Below, in pieces: positions 32,516 through 42,577 of a DNA stretch of 64,000 bases. Position numbers and translations under genes: made by a program. Origin of the DNA: Vulcanimicrobiota bacterium (lineage in GTDB: Bacteria > Vulcanimicrobiota > Vulcanimicrobiia > Vulcanimicrobiales > Vulcanimicrobiaceae); the NCBI GenBank assembly GCA_963777315.1, contig CAVZQC010000006.1, positions 64,001 to 128,000 on the forward strand, read 5' to 3'. How positions within the stretch are numbered: the stretch's first letter is position 1; each line of letters opens with the position of its first letter. The notes beneath the pieces were generated by a model. The model was given only the letters and a program-made list of their open reading frames with translations, was not told where the DNA came from and did not search any database.

Positions 32516-32935
32516 CTACGCGCTGCCCCACGCCAAACCCAGTGCGGCCGCCGCGCGGGCAAGGTTCGCGTCTCTGGTCATGAGCGGGAGCTTTCGACGA
32601 ACGGCAAGTTCCAAGTAGGCCGCGTCGTACGCCGACAACGAAAACCGGGCAGCGAGATCCAGACCCGTTGCCATCGGCGAACCGGCGATGAAACGATCGA
32701 CTTCACAATCGAGCTCGTCTAGCGCCTGCAGCGCGGCGGCAACCTGGTCGTTCGAGAGCCGCTCGCTCCGCTCGGCCATCAGCAGCACGTTCTGGATTTC
32801 CCAGCGAAACAACGCGGGCACGACGGCGCCTTGCGCAGCAACGGCCCGCGCCATGGTCAATGATGCTTCGTCGCGTTCGTCGGCGAAAAGCCATGAAATG
32901 GCCGCCGACGCATCCAGAACGCCGGCAGGCTTAAT
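32516..32935 (-). CDS. PIN-domain VapC toxin; probable ATT start
   Basis: In-frame VLDASAAISWLFADE lies upstream of the called TTG; also VVPALFRWE, YDAAYLELA, LMTRD. ATT at 32935 overlaps the antitoxin TAA. Confidence 0.88.
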   Translation of the reverse strand: MKPAGVLDASAAISWLFADERDEASLTMARAVAAQGAVVPALFRWEIQNVLLMAERSERLSNDQVAAALQALDELDCEVDRFIAGSPMATGLDLAARFSLSAYDAAYLELAVRRKLPLMTRDANLARAAAALGLAWGSA

Positions 32936-33170
32936 AGCGCCGGCCTTCGTCGATCAGCTCGCGGATCGTTAGCGGTGCCAGCGTCGCTTGGTTCGATAGA
33001 ATGCGCTTCATGGCATCGGTTGCGCGCTTGCGTGAGGACGTCCGAGCGACGGGGCCGATCTGGGCAACGGGTTCCCCGTTTTTCGTGACGATAATGGTCT
33101 GCCCGTTTTTGGCTTCTTCGATGAGCGCCGAGAAGTGCGTCTTGCCTTCGAAAACGCCGACTTTCTTCAT
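32931..33170 (-). CDS. Phd/YefM family antitoxin
   Basis: VGVFEGKTHFSALIEEAKNGQTIIVTKNGEPVA, ends IRELIDEGRRY. Confidence 0.9.
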   Translation of the reverse strand: MKKVGVFEGKTHFSALIEEAKNGQTIIVTKNGEPVAQIGPVARTSSRKRATDAMKRILSNQATLAPLTIRELIDEGRRY

Positions 33171-33289
33171 ACCGGGATGGTATCACGATTACGACTAGTT
33201 GACTAGCTCTGTGTCGGTCCCGGGGACGGGCGAGTGCGGGGACCTTTCGTACCAACATGGGCAAGCGTTTTCAGGGAATACGGCACAGT

Positions 33290-34495
33290 ATGGCTACCAC
33301 TGCGCGGACCGCCCGCTTTGCGGTGCGTACCGGACGCATGCGCGCTTCGACGATTCGCGAGATGCTCAAGGTCACGCAGCAGGCCGACGTCATCTCGTTC
33401 GGCGGCGGGTTGCCCGCGCCGGAGCTGTTTCCCACCGAAGAAATAGCCGACTGCACGCGCGAGGTCATGCGCGAGGTCGGTCCGCAAGCGCTGCAGTACA
33501 GCGTCACCGACGGCATCCCGGAACTGCGCGCGTGGGTGGCAGAACGGCTGACCCGGCGAATGGACGCGCCCTACGACCCGGCGGAAACGCTGATCGTCAA
33601 CGGATCGCAGCAAGGGCTGGACTTGCTCGCGAAGATCTTCATCGATCCCGGCGATCACATCGTGCTGGAGAATCCGTCGTACCTGGGCGCAATTCAGGCC
33701 TTCGACGCATATCAGTCGCGCTATTTGGTTGCGGACACCGACGACGACGGCATGATCCCCGAATCGCTCGAACACGTGCTTGCGCACGCGCAGCCGCTTC
33801 CGAAATTCGTTTACGTCGTTCCGAATTTTCAGAATCCCACCGGCAGAACGCTCAGCGGCGAGCGCCGCGAGCGGATCGTGCGCATCTGCGAGCATTTCGG
33901 CGTGCCGATTGTCGAGGACGATCCATACGGTGAACTGCGCTTTGCCGGGGAGCATCTACCCTCGCTGGCCTCGTTCGACAGCTCCGCGACGATCGTGTAC
34001 AGCGGAACGGGAAGCAAAATCATGGCGCCGGGCATGCGCATAGCGTGGCTTGCCACGCACGACCGCGAGGTACGCGAGAAACTCGTGCTGGCCAAACAAG
34101 GCGCCGACCTGCAAAGCGGAACGCTTGCGCAGTACGTGTTCACCGCTTACGTTTCCAAACGCGAAGCGTTCGAGCGGCATCTCGCTACGATCGTGCAGGT
34201 CTACGGCGACCGGCGCGACGTGATGCACGACGCGATGCGCGAATTCATGCCCGCGAACGTTTCGTACAATCACCCGCAGGGCGGTATGTTCATGTGGGCT
34301 CAGGTCCGTGGAGTCGACACGGTCGCACTGCTGGCGGCAGCGGCTGCATTGAAAGTGGCGTTCGTACCCGGCTTGTCGTTCTATCCACAGCGCGACGTGA
34401 CCGACGGGATGCGTTTGAACTTTTCTCATTCGTCGCCAGAGAAAATCCGCATCGGCATCGAACGGTTGGCTCAAGCGGTTCGGTCGATGCCGTAA
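33290..34495 (+). CDS. PLP-dependent class I/II aminotransferase (2-aminoadipate transaminase/MocR-like, no HTH)
   Basis: ISFGGGLPAPELFP, NGSQQGLDL, PNFQNPTG, EDDPYGEL, SKIMAPGMRIAW, MRLNFS. Confidence 0.92.
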   Translation: MATTARTARFAVRTGRMRASTIREMLKVTQQADVISFGGGLPAPELFPTEEIADCTREVMREVGPQALQYSVTDGIPELRAWVAERLTRRMDAPYDPAETLIVNGSQQGLDLLAKIFIDPGDHIVLENPSYLGAIQAFDAYQSRYLVADTDDDGMIPESLEHVLAHAQPLPKFVYVVPNFQNPTGRTLSGERRERIVRICEHFGVPIVEDDPYGELRFAGEHLPSLASFDSSATIVYSGTGSKIMAPGMRIAWLATHDREVREKLVLAKQGADLQSGTLAQYVFTAYVSKREAFERHLATIVQVYGDRRDVMHDAMREFMPANVSYNHPQGGMFMWAQVRGVDTVALLAAAAALKVAFVPGLSFYPQRDVTDGMRLNFSHSSPEKIRIGIERLAQAVRSMP

Positions 34496-34513
34496 CTGCG
34501 GAGGCAATCGCTC

Positions 34514-34975
34514 ATGGCTGAATATCTGGTAACCGGGATAGCCCAGACATCCGACCCCGCCGCGCTCGAGTCCATCGTCGAAAAATGCAACTGCAGCAAA
34601 GAGCGCATCTCGATCATCACCAAAGCGAACTTGCCGGCGAACGCGCACGATCACGGGCGCGGCGGAGCGTCGCTTTCGTCGGGCAGTATGATCATGACGG
34701 GCGCGGGGGGAACGTCCGTGCCCGGCATGGGCGGTAGGAACACGTCCCTGTCGTCACTCGTGGGCCATGGCTCGGGGCTGGACTATCTTGGCGGGTTGCC
34801 GCTCATTCCGGCCGACCAGGCGCAAAACTACAACATCGCGATCGCCGAAGGACGCAGCCTGGTCACGTACAAAGCCACCGCCGAGGACGCGCAGACCGTC
34901 GAAGCCGCATTTCGCGCAGCGGGCCTGCGCCGCGTGCGGACCTTCAGGTCCGACACGGCACCCTTGTCACCCTGA
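34514..34975 (+). CDS. Hypothetical protein, paralogue A (general-stress-protein-like)
   Basis: GGAGG SD. MAEYLVTGIAQTSDP...IPADQAQNYNIAIAEGRSLVTYKA is clearly homologous to the next gene. Confidence 0.8.
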   Translation: MAEYLVTGIAQTSDPAALESIVEKCNCSKERISIITKANLPANAHDHGRGGASLSSGSMIMTGAGGTSVPGMGGRNTSLSSLVGHGSGLDYLGGLPLIPADQAQNYNIAIAEGRSLVTYKATAEDAQTVEAAFRAAGLRRVRTFRSDTAPLSP

Positions 34976-34995
34976 GCCTGTCGAAGGGTCGAAGG
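34965..34995 (+). repeat. REP-like short element TGTCACCCTGAGCCTGTCGAAGGG with a duplicated TCGAAGG end
   Basis: Resembles the GTCA-CCCTGAGC-n-TGTCGAAGG class of bacterial extragenic repeats. A degenerate relative lies at 4532-4585. Only one good copy is in the window. Confidence 0.5.
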
Positions 34996-35005
34996 AGCAA
35001 CGATC

Positions 35006-35488
35006 TTGGCCGAGCATCTGGTCACCGGAATTTCGCAGACGTCCGATCCCGCGCATCTGGAAGATACGCTGTGCAGCAAAGAGTCGGTGGACTGCGACAA
35101 GCTTGCCGTCATCACGAAGGATTCGCCGACCGAAGACCACGAGGAGTCGGTCCTCAACTACATGCACGTCGGTCAGCAGCACACGACGAGCGATCTGGAC
35201 CACGACGTCATCGCCGGCGGAACCTCGATTCTGACGAACATCAGCGAACCGCAAGTGCCGAATATCAGTTCGGACAATCGCTACATCGGTTTCTTTGCCG
35301 AGCCGCACATCATCGATCACCTTTCACAGTACGCGATTCCGCAGGACCAAGTGCAGAACTACAACGAAGCGATCGACGCGGGCCGAAGCGTCGTGGTGTA
35401 CAAAGCGCAGCCGGCCGAAGCATCCGACGTCGCGCAGACGTTCAAGGAAGCCGGCTTAAAGAACGTTCAGACGTTCCAAGGAAAGTGA
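35006..35488 (+). CDS. Hypothetical protein, paralogue B
   Basis: GAAGGAG SD and TTG start. MAEHLVTGISQTSDP...IPQDQVQNYNEAIDAGRSVVVYKA. Confidence 0.8.
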   Translation: MAEHLVTGISQTSDPAHLEDTLCSKESVDCDKLAVITKDSPTEDHEESVLNYMHVGQQHTTSDLDHDVIAGGTSILTNISEPQVPNISSDNRYIGFFAEPHIIDHLSQYAIPQDQVQNYNEAIDAGRSVVVYKAQPAEASDVAQTFKEAGLKNVQTFQGK

Positions 35489-35516
35489 ACCCCGAACCGG
35501 CCCACTCGTTCAGCCG

Positions 35517-36041
35517 TTAAAGAGTGCAGCGGTTTCCAGTTCGAAACCATCCAATTCCGGGTGCAAGCTCACCACGGCAATCTCGCGCGCGAGAATGGGG
35601 TCTTTCCCAGGACGAAAAATCTCCAGCGTGAGCTCGTACGGATCTACCAGCACGCCCAGGGCCGCGCCGTTCGCCAGATAGGCGGACATCTTTGCTCGCA
35701 GGTGTTTGAGCGCATCGGTCTTGGATCGTACCTCGAAGACGACGTCGGGGCATTTCCCACCGGCCGGCTCTCACCCACGATGCGTCCGGAGAGAGCACCG
35801 AACCGTCGGGCAACTTGAATCCGGTCGAGGAGTCGAACACTTTGCCCGAACCGCGCTTTTTGCTCCATTCGCGCAGCTGCCCAAAAACTTCACCGCTGCA
35901 GTAGCCGCTCTTCCCCGTCGTGGGCGTCACTATGAGGTCTCCTTTAGCACTGCGTTCGAACTGATAGCCGGGAAAACGCGCCGAGTACGCCAGCAGCTCG
36001 TCGTCGGCAATCGCGGTCGTGGGCGAGAAGACGGTCGCCAT
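35517..36041 (-). pseudogene. Uma2 family endonuclease, deleted/frameshifted
   Basis: FDSSTGFKLPDGSVLSPDASWV...RWE abuts CPDVVFEVRSKTD...KMSAYLANGAALGVLVDP in another frame. The usual linker is missing and there is a further shift near the C-terminus. Confidence 0.8.
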
Positions 36042-36141
36042 GGAAAGTGCTCCTTGCTCGCGAGGGTGAGGAAATCTTGCGAGCCGGCCGAAGTGCCGAG
36101 CGCAGGAACTTTCCGGAATTAACCCCGACCCTCATCGATAT

Positions 36142-38100
36142 ATGCGAAACTTCATCGGTCACCGGCGTTCCGCCGTCGTCGTTCTGCTGGCTGCCGCGAT
36201 CTGCGGATCGGCGATCTCACGCCTGCAGGCCCGGGACGCGCAGCGCGCCGGAAACACTCAAGCTCGCACGGTTTTGAGCCGGCGACTGCAAGACTTCTCG
36301 GTGAGAAGCAACGGCGGCGCAGCCTCATTAGATACGCGCGATCTGGCCGATGCTGCGTATCTCACGCTGCTTCAAGACGGCGATTCGGGAACGGCAGAGC
36401 GCTATATGCGCCGCCTGTTCGATGCGCAAGACATGAACGCGCAGAGCCGCAGCTACGGCGCCGTCCGGTGGCGGACCGGCGATACAGCGATTTCCGACCA
36501 GAACGCGGTGGAATTCGCCGCTCAGGCACTTGGGCCGGTGCTTCTACGATACGGCGGCAAATTTTCACCGGACTTCGATCGAATCGCCGCTGGCCATGCC
36601 GCCGCGGCCATTGGCGCGATCGAGCGGCACGACGTACCGGTCGCGTACACCAACATCTACCTCATGAAGTGCGTGAATCTGCTGCTCTTAGGTCAATACG
36701 TGCGCGAATCAAACGTCGTCGCGCAGGCGCGCGATCTGCTGAGCGTATGGACGCAGTACACGCGCCGGAACGGCATCGCTGAATTCGACAGCCCGACGTA
36801 TTATGCAACGGACTTGGATTCTCTGGTCAGCGGTTATCGCTACGCGGAAAGCGCAAGCGATCGCCAAACCTTCGCCGCGATCCTGCGCTACTTTTGGAGC
36901 GATATCGCCGCCAACTATTTTGCCGGCGGGCATCGCATTTCGGGCCCCTACAGCCGCGACTACGATTTCGTGAGCGGCCTTGGCGATCTCAACGCCTGGA
37001 TCGCTTCGACCGGGTGGGACGCCACGCAAACATTCGAGGGAATAAAGAACCTGCAAGGAGCGTTTCTCTACGACAACCTGCAGCCCGGCGGCTATCGCGT
37101 CCCGGCCGGCCTGCGCAAGCTCGCGTTCACCACGCCGCGCACGGTCGTATCGACATGGGATACGGTGCCGACGCACATCCGGTGGAATTGGATCCAGCGC
37201 CGCATCTCGATGGGTTGCGCCAATGGTTCGTACGGACCGCAGGACAAAATGTTCAATACGACCTTCGCCGGCCCGGCGACGTTCCCTCAGATCAGCGTCG
37301 TGGTCAGCACGGACGACGCGCCCTATGGGCTAGGTACCGAACTCACGAAATCCGAGCACGTTTCGCCGCAGATAGGCTGCGCGGCAACACCCGGCGCCTC
37401 GCTGGTCACGCTGAATCTTGCGCCGTATGCCGCGTCCGAATCGACGGGCGGTCTGAGCACCAATATCATGTTGCCGCTGCATGCGGACGTCGCCCTCGAC
37501 GGGACGCCGGTACATCCCGGCCTGCAGGCCATTCCGGTGCGCATGAACGACGTGATCTCGGTCGCTGCCGGCGGCGCGAGCTTGGCCTTGCGGATCGTTC
37601 ACGTAGACGCAGTGGATAATGCCGCGCCGCAAATGCAAATCATGACGGACCGCACCGGTACGAACCGTGGTGTTGCATGGCTTCGCATCTTGCATCTGCA
37701 ACCCGGAGAACGCACTGCACAGGCGAACCTCAAAGTTGCGTTGCTGTTCATAGCGCGCGACGATGATGCGGTTGCATCAGCCGTATCGCAAGCTCGGCAG
37801 GCGGCGATCGACGACGATCAACGCGCGGGGCTGTGGACGATCGCAGCGAGGATGCCGCGCGCAACGCTCAGCGTCGAACGCTCGGCGACGAGCCGCGGCC
37901 GGCTCATCAGTTTGCTAGCCGACGGACAGACGTTGCCGCGCGCGCCGCTCGCGATCGACGGTCAGCCGCTATACCTTGCAGAAGGTCGGCGGCCGATGAA
38001 AACGATATCGCTGTCCGGCGCGCAGCTCCAAGATGCTTTGGCGGCTCAGCGCGGTATGCGCAGCGGTCTGGGACGTCGACGGCAAGCCGAACGCATATAG
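36142..38100 (+). CDS. Large exported hypothetical protein (helical N-half, beta-rich C-half)
   Basis: 652 aa ORF with signal/TM segment. Conserved-looking motifs YTNIYLM, EFDSPTYY and SGPYSRDYD. Family not recognised with certainty. Confidence 0.75.
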   Translation: MRNFIGHRRSAVVVLLAAAICGSAISRLQARDAQRAGNTQARTVLSRRLQDFSVRSNGGAASLDTRDLADAAYLTLLQDGDSGTAERYMRRLFDAQDMNAQSRSYGAVRWRTGDTAISDQNAVEFAAQALGPVLLRYGGKFSPDFDRIAAGHAAAAIGAIERHDVPVAYTNIYLMKCVNLLLLGQYVRESNVVAQARDLLSVWTQYTRRNGIAEFDSPTYYATDLDSLVSGYRYAESASDRQTFAAILRYFWSDIAANYFAGGHRISGPYSRDYDFVSGLGDLNAWIASTGWDATQTFEGIKNLQGAFLYDNLQPGGYRVPAGLRKLAFTTPRTVVSTWDTVPTHIRWNWIQRRISMGCANGSYGPQDKMFNTTFAGPATFPQISVVVSTDDAPYGLGTELTKSEHVSPQIGCAATPGASLVTLNLAPYAASESTGGLSTNIMLPLHADVALDGTPVHPGLQAIPVRMNDVISVAAGGASLALRIVHVDAVDNAAPQMQIMTDRTGTNRGVAWLRILHLQPGERTAQANLKVALLFIARDDDAVASAVSQARQAAIDDDQRAGLWTIAARMPRATLSVERSATSRGRLISLLADGQTLPRAPLAIDGQPLYLAEGRRPMKTISLSGAQLQDALAAQRGMRSGLGRRRQAERI

Positions 38101-39451
38101 CCGCCCCGATTCATCCGCGACGAACACGCCGCTGGGCACGACGACCGGCGAGGCGTAACTGTATCCGACGGTCGGGCTTTGCCAAAGCACCTTCCCGGAA
38201 TCGGGATCCAAAGCCGCAATGCTTTGATCGAGCGTCGCAAACGCGACGCCGTTCGCGATCGCGGCATAACCCAAATCCGCGGTGTTCATGGCAATTTTCC
38301 ACTTCACCGCGCCTTGCAGCGAGAGTCCGAAGAGGGTGCCGCCGGGAAGGCCGTTATAGGTGTCCGGATCGTGCACGTAGCCGCCGCCCACGATCAGCGT
38401 TTGACCCGCAATCGCGGGCGTGGCGAATCCGCCCGCACCGAGCGGGGCGCCCAGACTCGTCGCCCAGAGCAGCCGGCCGGTTTGAAGATTTACTGCGTAG
38501 AGCGAGCCGTTCTTTCCGACTGCATACCCGTTTCCACCGTACGCGAGCACGGTGCCGCCCACATCCAAGTCCTCCAAAGCCGGTTCGGTATTGACGTGCC
38601 ACACTTCGGTCAGCCCCGTGTTGAGCGAAACGATCGCGTTGGCTTCGTCGGGTGTTTGCGTGCACGTGTTGCCGCTGCCGAACACGATTTGGCCGCCGTA
38701 ATACGTGAGACCGGACCAGATCCCGCCTCCGTCGCTTTGCGCGCCGGGAGAGGTGGTCCAGGAGAATCTCGGTTGACCGGTGCGTTCGTCAAACGCGTAA
38801 ACGCCGCCCGCGCGGCAATAGCCGTCGTCGCCAAGTGAGACGGGAACGTAGAGCGTGCCGTTGCCGGCAATTGGCGAACCGTGCAGCCCCCCAGGAACCG
38901 ACTGCGACCACAGCTGTTTTCCGGTGCTCGGATCCAGCGCCGTGATCGCATAGTTTCGATCGGACGCATCGTTCTGCTGGCTTCCCAAAAACAATATTCC
39001 ATCGTACAGCGCCGGCGTCATTTTCGTTTCGTCCGAATCGTCGAGCTGATACGTCCACTTCACGTTTCCGGTAGCCGCATCCAAGGCAACGGCCAATCCG
39101 TTGAGGTCGACCGCATACACGACCCCGCTCACGACGATCGGACTCGCCTCGAAGCTGCCCGTACTATGGTACGTCCAATTCGAGCTGCAGGCTCGACACC
39201 GTCTGCTTGTCGATCCCCGTCGGCAACGACTCGGTGCTCGTGCGCTGCAGGTCGTGCGCGAACGTAATCCAGTCGTCGCCTTGGGCAAGCGACATGCCTG
39301 CGAAGGGCGGCCCCGCCGTTCCCGTCGGCCTCGGCGCGGGCGTCGCCGCCGCCTGGGGCGAAGCGCTCGTGCCGCCGCCCCCGCCGCAGCTTGCCAGCGC
39401 AACGCACACGATCATATAAGCCGCGCAGCGAGCAATCACGGTGCTTTTCAC
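37969..39451 (-). CDS. PQQ-like beta-propeller lipoprotein (+1 frameshift at ~39182)
   Basis: Lipobox LASC followed by GGGGG and a Pro-rich linker, DWITFAHD. Repeated ALDxxTGxxxW blades continue in ORF 37969..39402. Confidence 0.82.
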
Positions 39452-39538
39452 GGCCGCCGATCTTCGCCTCCGCGCTGCGTTTCCTTTCCAAGGTCTCTAG
39501 CAGGCGCTCCCTGTCGCGCCCGGAATGAGCCGCCCCAA

Positions 39539-41872
39539 GTGTACCGAACGGCGTTGCGGTTGAACCATCGCAAGATTTCGGACCTCACCGCGCTGGTCTG
39601 CGTTCTCGGATTCGCCGCCTGGTTTTCATCCGGGGCGCCGATCCTGCGTCACGACTGGCCCTCGCCCCATCCGGCCGTCGGAACGATGGTCGCCGCACTG
39701 TCCGGGTGGGACCCGGTCGGGATGGGCGCCCCGGTCGGCTACCCATCGTCCTTTATCGCCGCGGCGGTTCAGTACGGCGTACTGAACGCATTCGGACCGT
39801 ACGCCGGCACGCTGGTCTGGCAGATCTTCATCGCGTCGGTTTGTGCGTTTGGAGCGCAATCGTGCGCGCGCGTCTTTTCCACCTCTTGGAGCGCGCAAGC
39901 GGCGGCCGCGATCTTCGCCCTGTTCAATCCGTGGGTATACAACCAAGTCGTGGCCGGACATGCGTTCATGCTGCTCAGCTACGGCGGAACGTTTTGGCTT
40001 GCCCGCGAGGCGCTGTCGCCGACGAGCGAACTGCGGCTGATCGTCTCCGGATTGCTGATCGCGCCGCAAATCCAGTTTTTCGCGATAGAGTGGCCGCTGC
40101 TGCTGTTCGTCGCCGTACGCGACCGGCGACTACGAGCCCTGACCGCATGGGTGCTGCTGTCATTACCAATCGTCGTGGGCATGTTCGCCACGCGGACGAT
40201 CTTGGCGGGCACGCCGCTGACGATTGCGTGGGAACGTCTCCAATCGATCGATCCGGTGAAGGCGCTTTTGCTGCTCGGCTATTTCCCGCATTACGCGCTG
40301 TTCGACGGCGTCGCACGAGCAGCAGATTGGGCGGTATTCGGCTGTGCCGCCCTGGGCGCAGTCCTTGTGTTCGCGAAGGCTCGCCGGTTCTGGCCCCTTC
40401 CCGCGCTGACGGCGCTCGCGATTGCCATTGCCGTCGGTTTCAACGCTCCTTGGCACGCAGCCGTACGGTGGGCGTTCGCAAGCGTTCCCGAAACCGGATT
40501 GCTGCGAGAGTTGTACGGGGTTCTCGGGTTAGCGGCGGTCGGATACGTTCTGCTTTGCGCATTTCTGGCCGGACGCGCGCGCTACGCGGGTGTTGCGTGG
40601 GCTGCCGCATCGCTGTGTCTGCTCGCAGGGTGGATCGCTCGACCGCCGGCCACGTATTGGGTGGCCGCCGGCAACGTTCCGAGTGTAGCGGTCGACCAAG
40701 AACCCAACTCGCGCTTCGCCCTGCTGCCGGCCTTTCAGCCCATGCAATACCGCGGGCGCGGTTCGGGGATCGATCCCGACTCGTATTCACGCGCCGCCAA
40801 TATCACGCCGCTCAACGAGTTTCTCGCATCGTATCCGGTCGCGGCTGCGTTCGGCCGCTATTTGCGCGATCGCGACGCGCGCTATCTCGCCGCGCTGAGC
40901 GTCGCCCGCGTTTATGGCAGGCCGTATTTGCAAAGCAATCTGTCCGATCTGCGGTATCAATGGTCCTTTCAAGATGCGCGCACGATTGCGCGCTTGCGTG
41001 CAACTGGCCTTCCCGCTCTTTCGGTTTTGCGGTATCTGCCCGAACTGACCGTATCCGCAATGCCGGCGGTCGGCGCACTCGACACGAACATCGGCGCGGG
41101 CAACGTTCTCTTTTCCGACGCCCGCAGCGTGCGTGGTCCGTACGTCCCGCAGAAGTGGAAAACGTTTGGCGCCATCTTTGCCACCAAAGCGCCCAACGTC
41201 TACGTCAAGGCGAAGGACGGCTGGGTCGACGCCCGCCTGGCCTTTGCCGAGCGGCCGGAACTGGCGCAAACGTTCGGCGGCGCGCTCACCACGAATCCGC
41301 GCGCGCTGCTGCGCATCGTTCCGCGGCACGAAGCGCTGGTCTGGATCGACGGGGCGCTGCTGGCGGGCAACGGACGCCGCTTGAGTGGTGGAACGAGCGG
41401 CTACGCGTGGATCGAAATTCCGGTTGGAGTATCGGCCGTCCGCTGCATAGGAACGTGCGTCGTGGCGGCGCAAGGCGATCCGCCGCACGTACCTGCCAAC
41501 CCGCCGCCGCATGCCACTCGCGAAACACCGTTCGTTGCCTGGACTCCCTGGCTCACCGTTGCAACGTTACCGCCGTCACCCGTGCGGCTGCTGCGCTACA
41601 ACGTCGCATACGATTCCCACTGGATGGCGCTGCTTGCCGGGACGGCCTTGCCGCACGTGCGCGTAGACGGCATCGTGAACGGCTGGATCGCACCCCCGCA
41701 TGCGCGGCCCTTGCGCGTTCTTATCGTAGAATCCGGCGCGGCTGCAACGTCCGCGGCCGAAGCGCTGTGCGTCATCGGTCTGCTCGCGCTCATTTTCGTG
41801 GAGCTGCGCGTTTGGATCCGGGCGTCAGGGCTTTACCGCAATGCGGCCCGTGTAATCGATCCGGTTCAATAA
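39539..41872 (+). CDS. Polytopic membrane protein, GT-C-like (AftD/YfhO-type architecture)
   Basis: About 11 TM helices with FALFNPWVYNQVVAGH, a large external domain, a YfhO-like end (YDSHWMA...HVRVDGIVNGW) and a final TM. Start uncertain. Confidence 0.6.
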   Translation: MYRTALRLNHRKISDLTALVCVLGFAAWFSSGAPILRHDWPSPHPAVGTMVAALSGWDPVGMGAPVGYPSSFIAAAVQYGVLNAFGPYAGTLVWQIFIASVCAFGAQSCARVFSTSWSAQAAAAIFALFNPWVYNQVVAGHAFMLLSYGGTFWLAREALSPTSELRLIVSGLLIAPQIQFFAIEWPLLLFVAVRDRRLRALTAWVLLSLPIVVGMFATRTILAGTPLTIAWERLQSIDPVKALLLLGYFPHYALFDGVARAADWAVFGCAALGAVLVFAKARRFWPLPALTALAIAIAVGFNAPWHAAVRWAFASVPETGLLRELYGVLGLAAVGYVLLCAFLAGRARYAGVAWAAASLCLLAGWIARPPATYWVAAGNVPSVAVDQEPNSRFALLPAFQPMQYRGRGSGIDPDSYSRAANITPLNEFLASYPVAAAFGRYLRDRDARYLAALSVARVYGRPYLQSNLSDLRYQWSFQDARTIARLRATGLPALSVLRYLPELTVSAMPAVGALDTNIGAGNVLFSDARSVRGPYVPQKWKTFGAIFATKAPNVYVKAKDGWVDARLAFAERPELAQTFGGALTTNPRALLRIVPRHEALVWIDGALLAGNGRRLSGGTSGYAWIEIPVGVSAVRCIGTCVVAAQGDPPHVPANPPPHATRETPFVAWTPWLTVATLPPSPVRLLRYNVAYDSHWMALLAGTALPHVRVDGIVNGWIAPPHARPLRVLIVESGAAATSAAEALCVIGLLALIFVELRVWIRASGLYRNAARVIDPVQ

Positions 41873-42577
41873 AATGTGCGTGCCGGTTTCGCGGAAATAC
41901 TCGTCGACGGCTTCGCGAGCTCCCTGCCAGTGTCCGTAATCGTCGATGATGAGCACGCCGCCGGGTGCGAGCAGCGGAAAAAGGTGGCGCAGTTCGTGTT
42001 TGGTCGATTCGTACCAATCCGTGTCCAGCCGCAGCAGCGCGATGCGATCGGGAATGGTTCGCGGAATCGTTTCTTCGACTTTGCCTTGGACGAATGAGAT
42101 TTTTTCCGCGGGATATCCGACGGCCAGAACGTTCCGCCGCACGTCTTCCAGCGACGCGTAGCACCATACCGATTCCGTGCGCTTCGGCGTCGACTCCAAA
42201 AGCCGGGTTGCGGATTCTCCGCTGAAAGCGCGGTCCCGCTGCGTCGGCGCGGACATTCCTTCGAACGTATCGTACAGGTACATGTGCCGTGAAAAATCGC
42301 CCAGCCGCAGCAGCATCGAGAGCGCGGCCATCGAGCTGCCTCCGCGCCAGACGCCGCACTCGACGAAGTCGCCGGGAATCCCCGCCGATGTAACGTAGCG
42401 TACCGCCTCGCAGAGCGCGTTGATGCGTTCGATCGACGTCATCGTAAAGGGGCGAACCGCTGCGTCGACTTGCTTCACGTCGTCGCAGAGGTCCACCGGC
42501 TGGGCCGCAACGACGTCATAACCGAAACGGCGAAACACCGATCGCAATCTATCCTGCACGGGCCGTCTCGACGTCAT
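41825..42577 (-). CDS. TylF/MycF/NovP-family sugar O-methyltransferase
   Basis: GDFVECGVWRGGS, YDTFEGM, LRLDTDWYEST, IIDDYGHWQGA. Confidence 0.95.
   Translation of the reverse strand: MTSRRPVQDRLRSVFRRFGYDVVAAQPVDLCDDVKQVDAAVRPFTMTSIERINALCEAVRYVTSAGIPGDFVECGVWRGGSSMAALSMLLRLGDFSRHMYLYDTFEGMSAPTQRDRAFSGESATRLLESTPKRTESVWCYASLEDVRRNVLAVGYPAEKISFVQGKVEETIPRTIPDRIALLRLDTDWYESTKHELRHLFPLLAPGGVLIIDDYGHWQGAREAVDEYFRETGTHILLNRIDYTGRIAVKP

Noticed and set aside
28250..39451. The two beta-propellers as PQQ-dependent alcohol or sugar dehydrogenases
   Set aside because: They are shorter than those enzymes, lack recognisable catalytic signatures such as the adjacent Cys-Cys, and have no pqq or cytochrome genes nearby.
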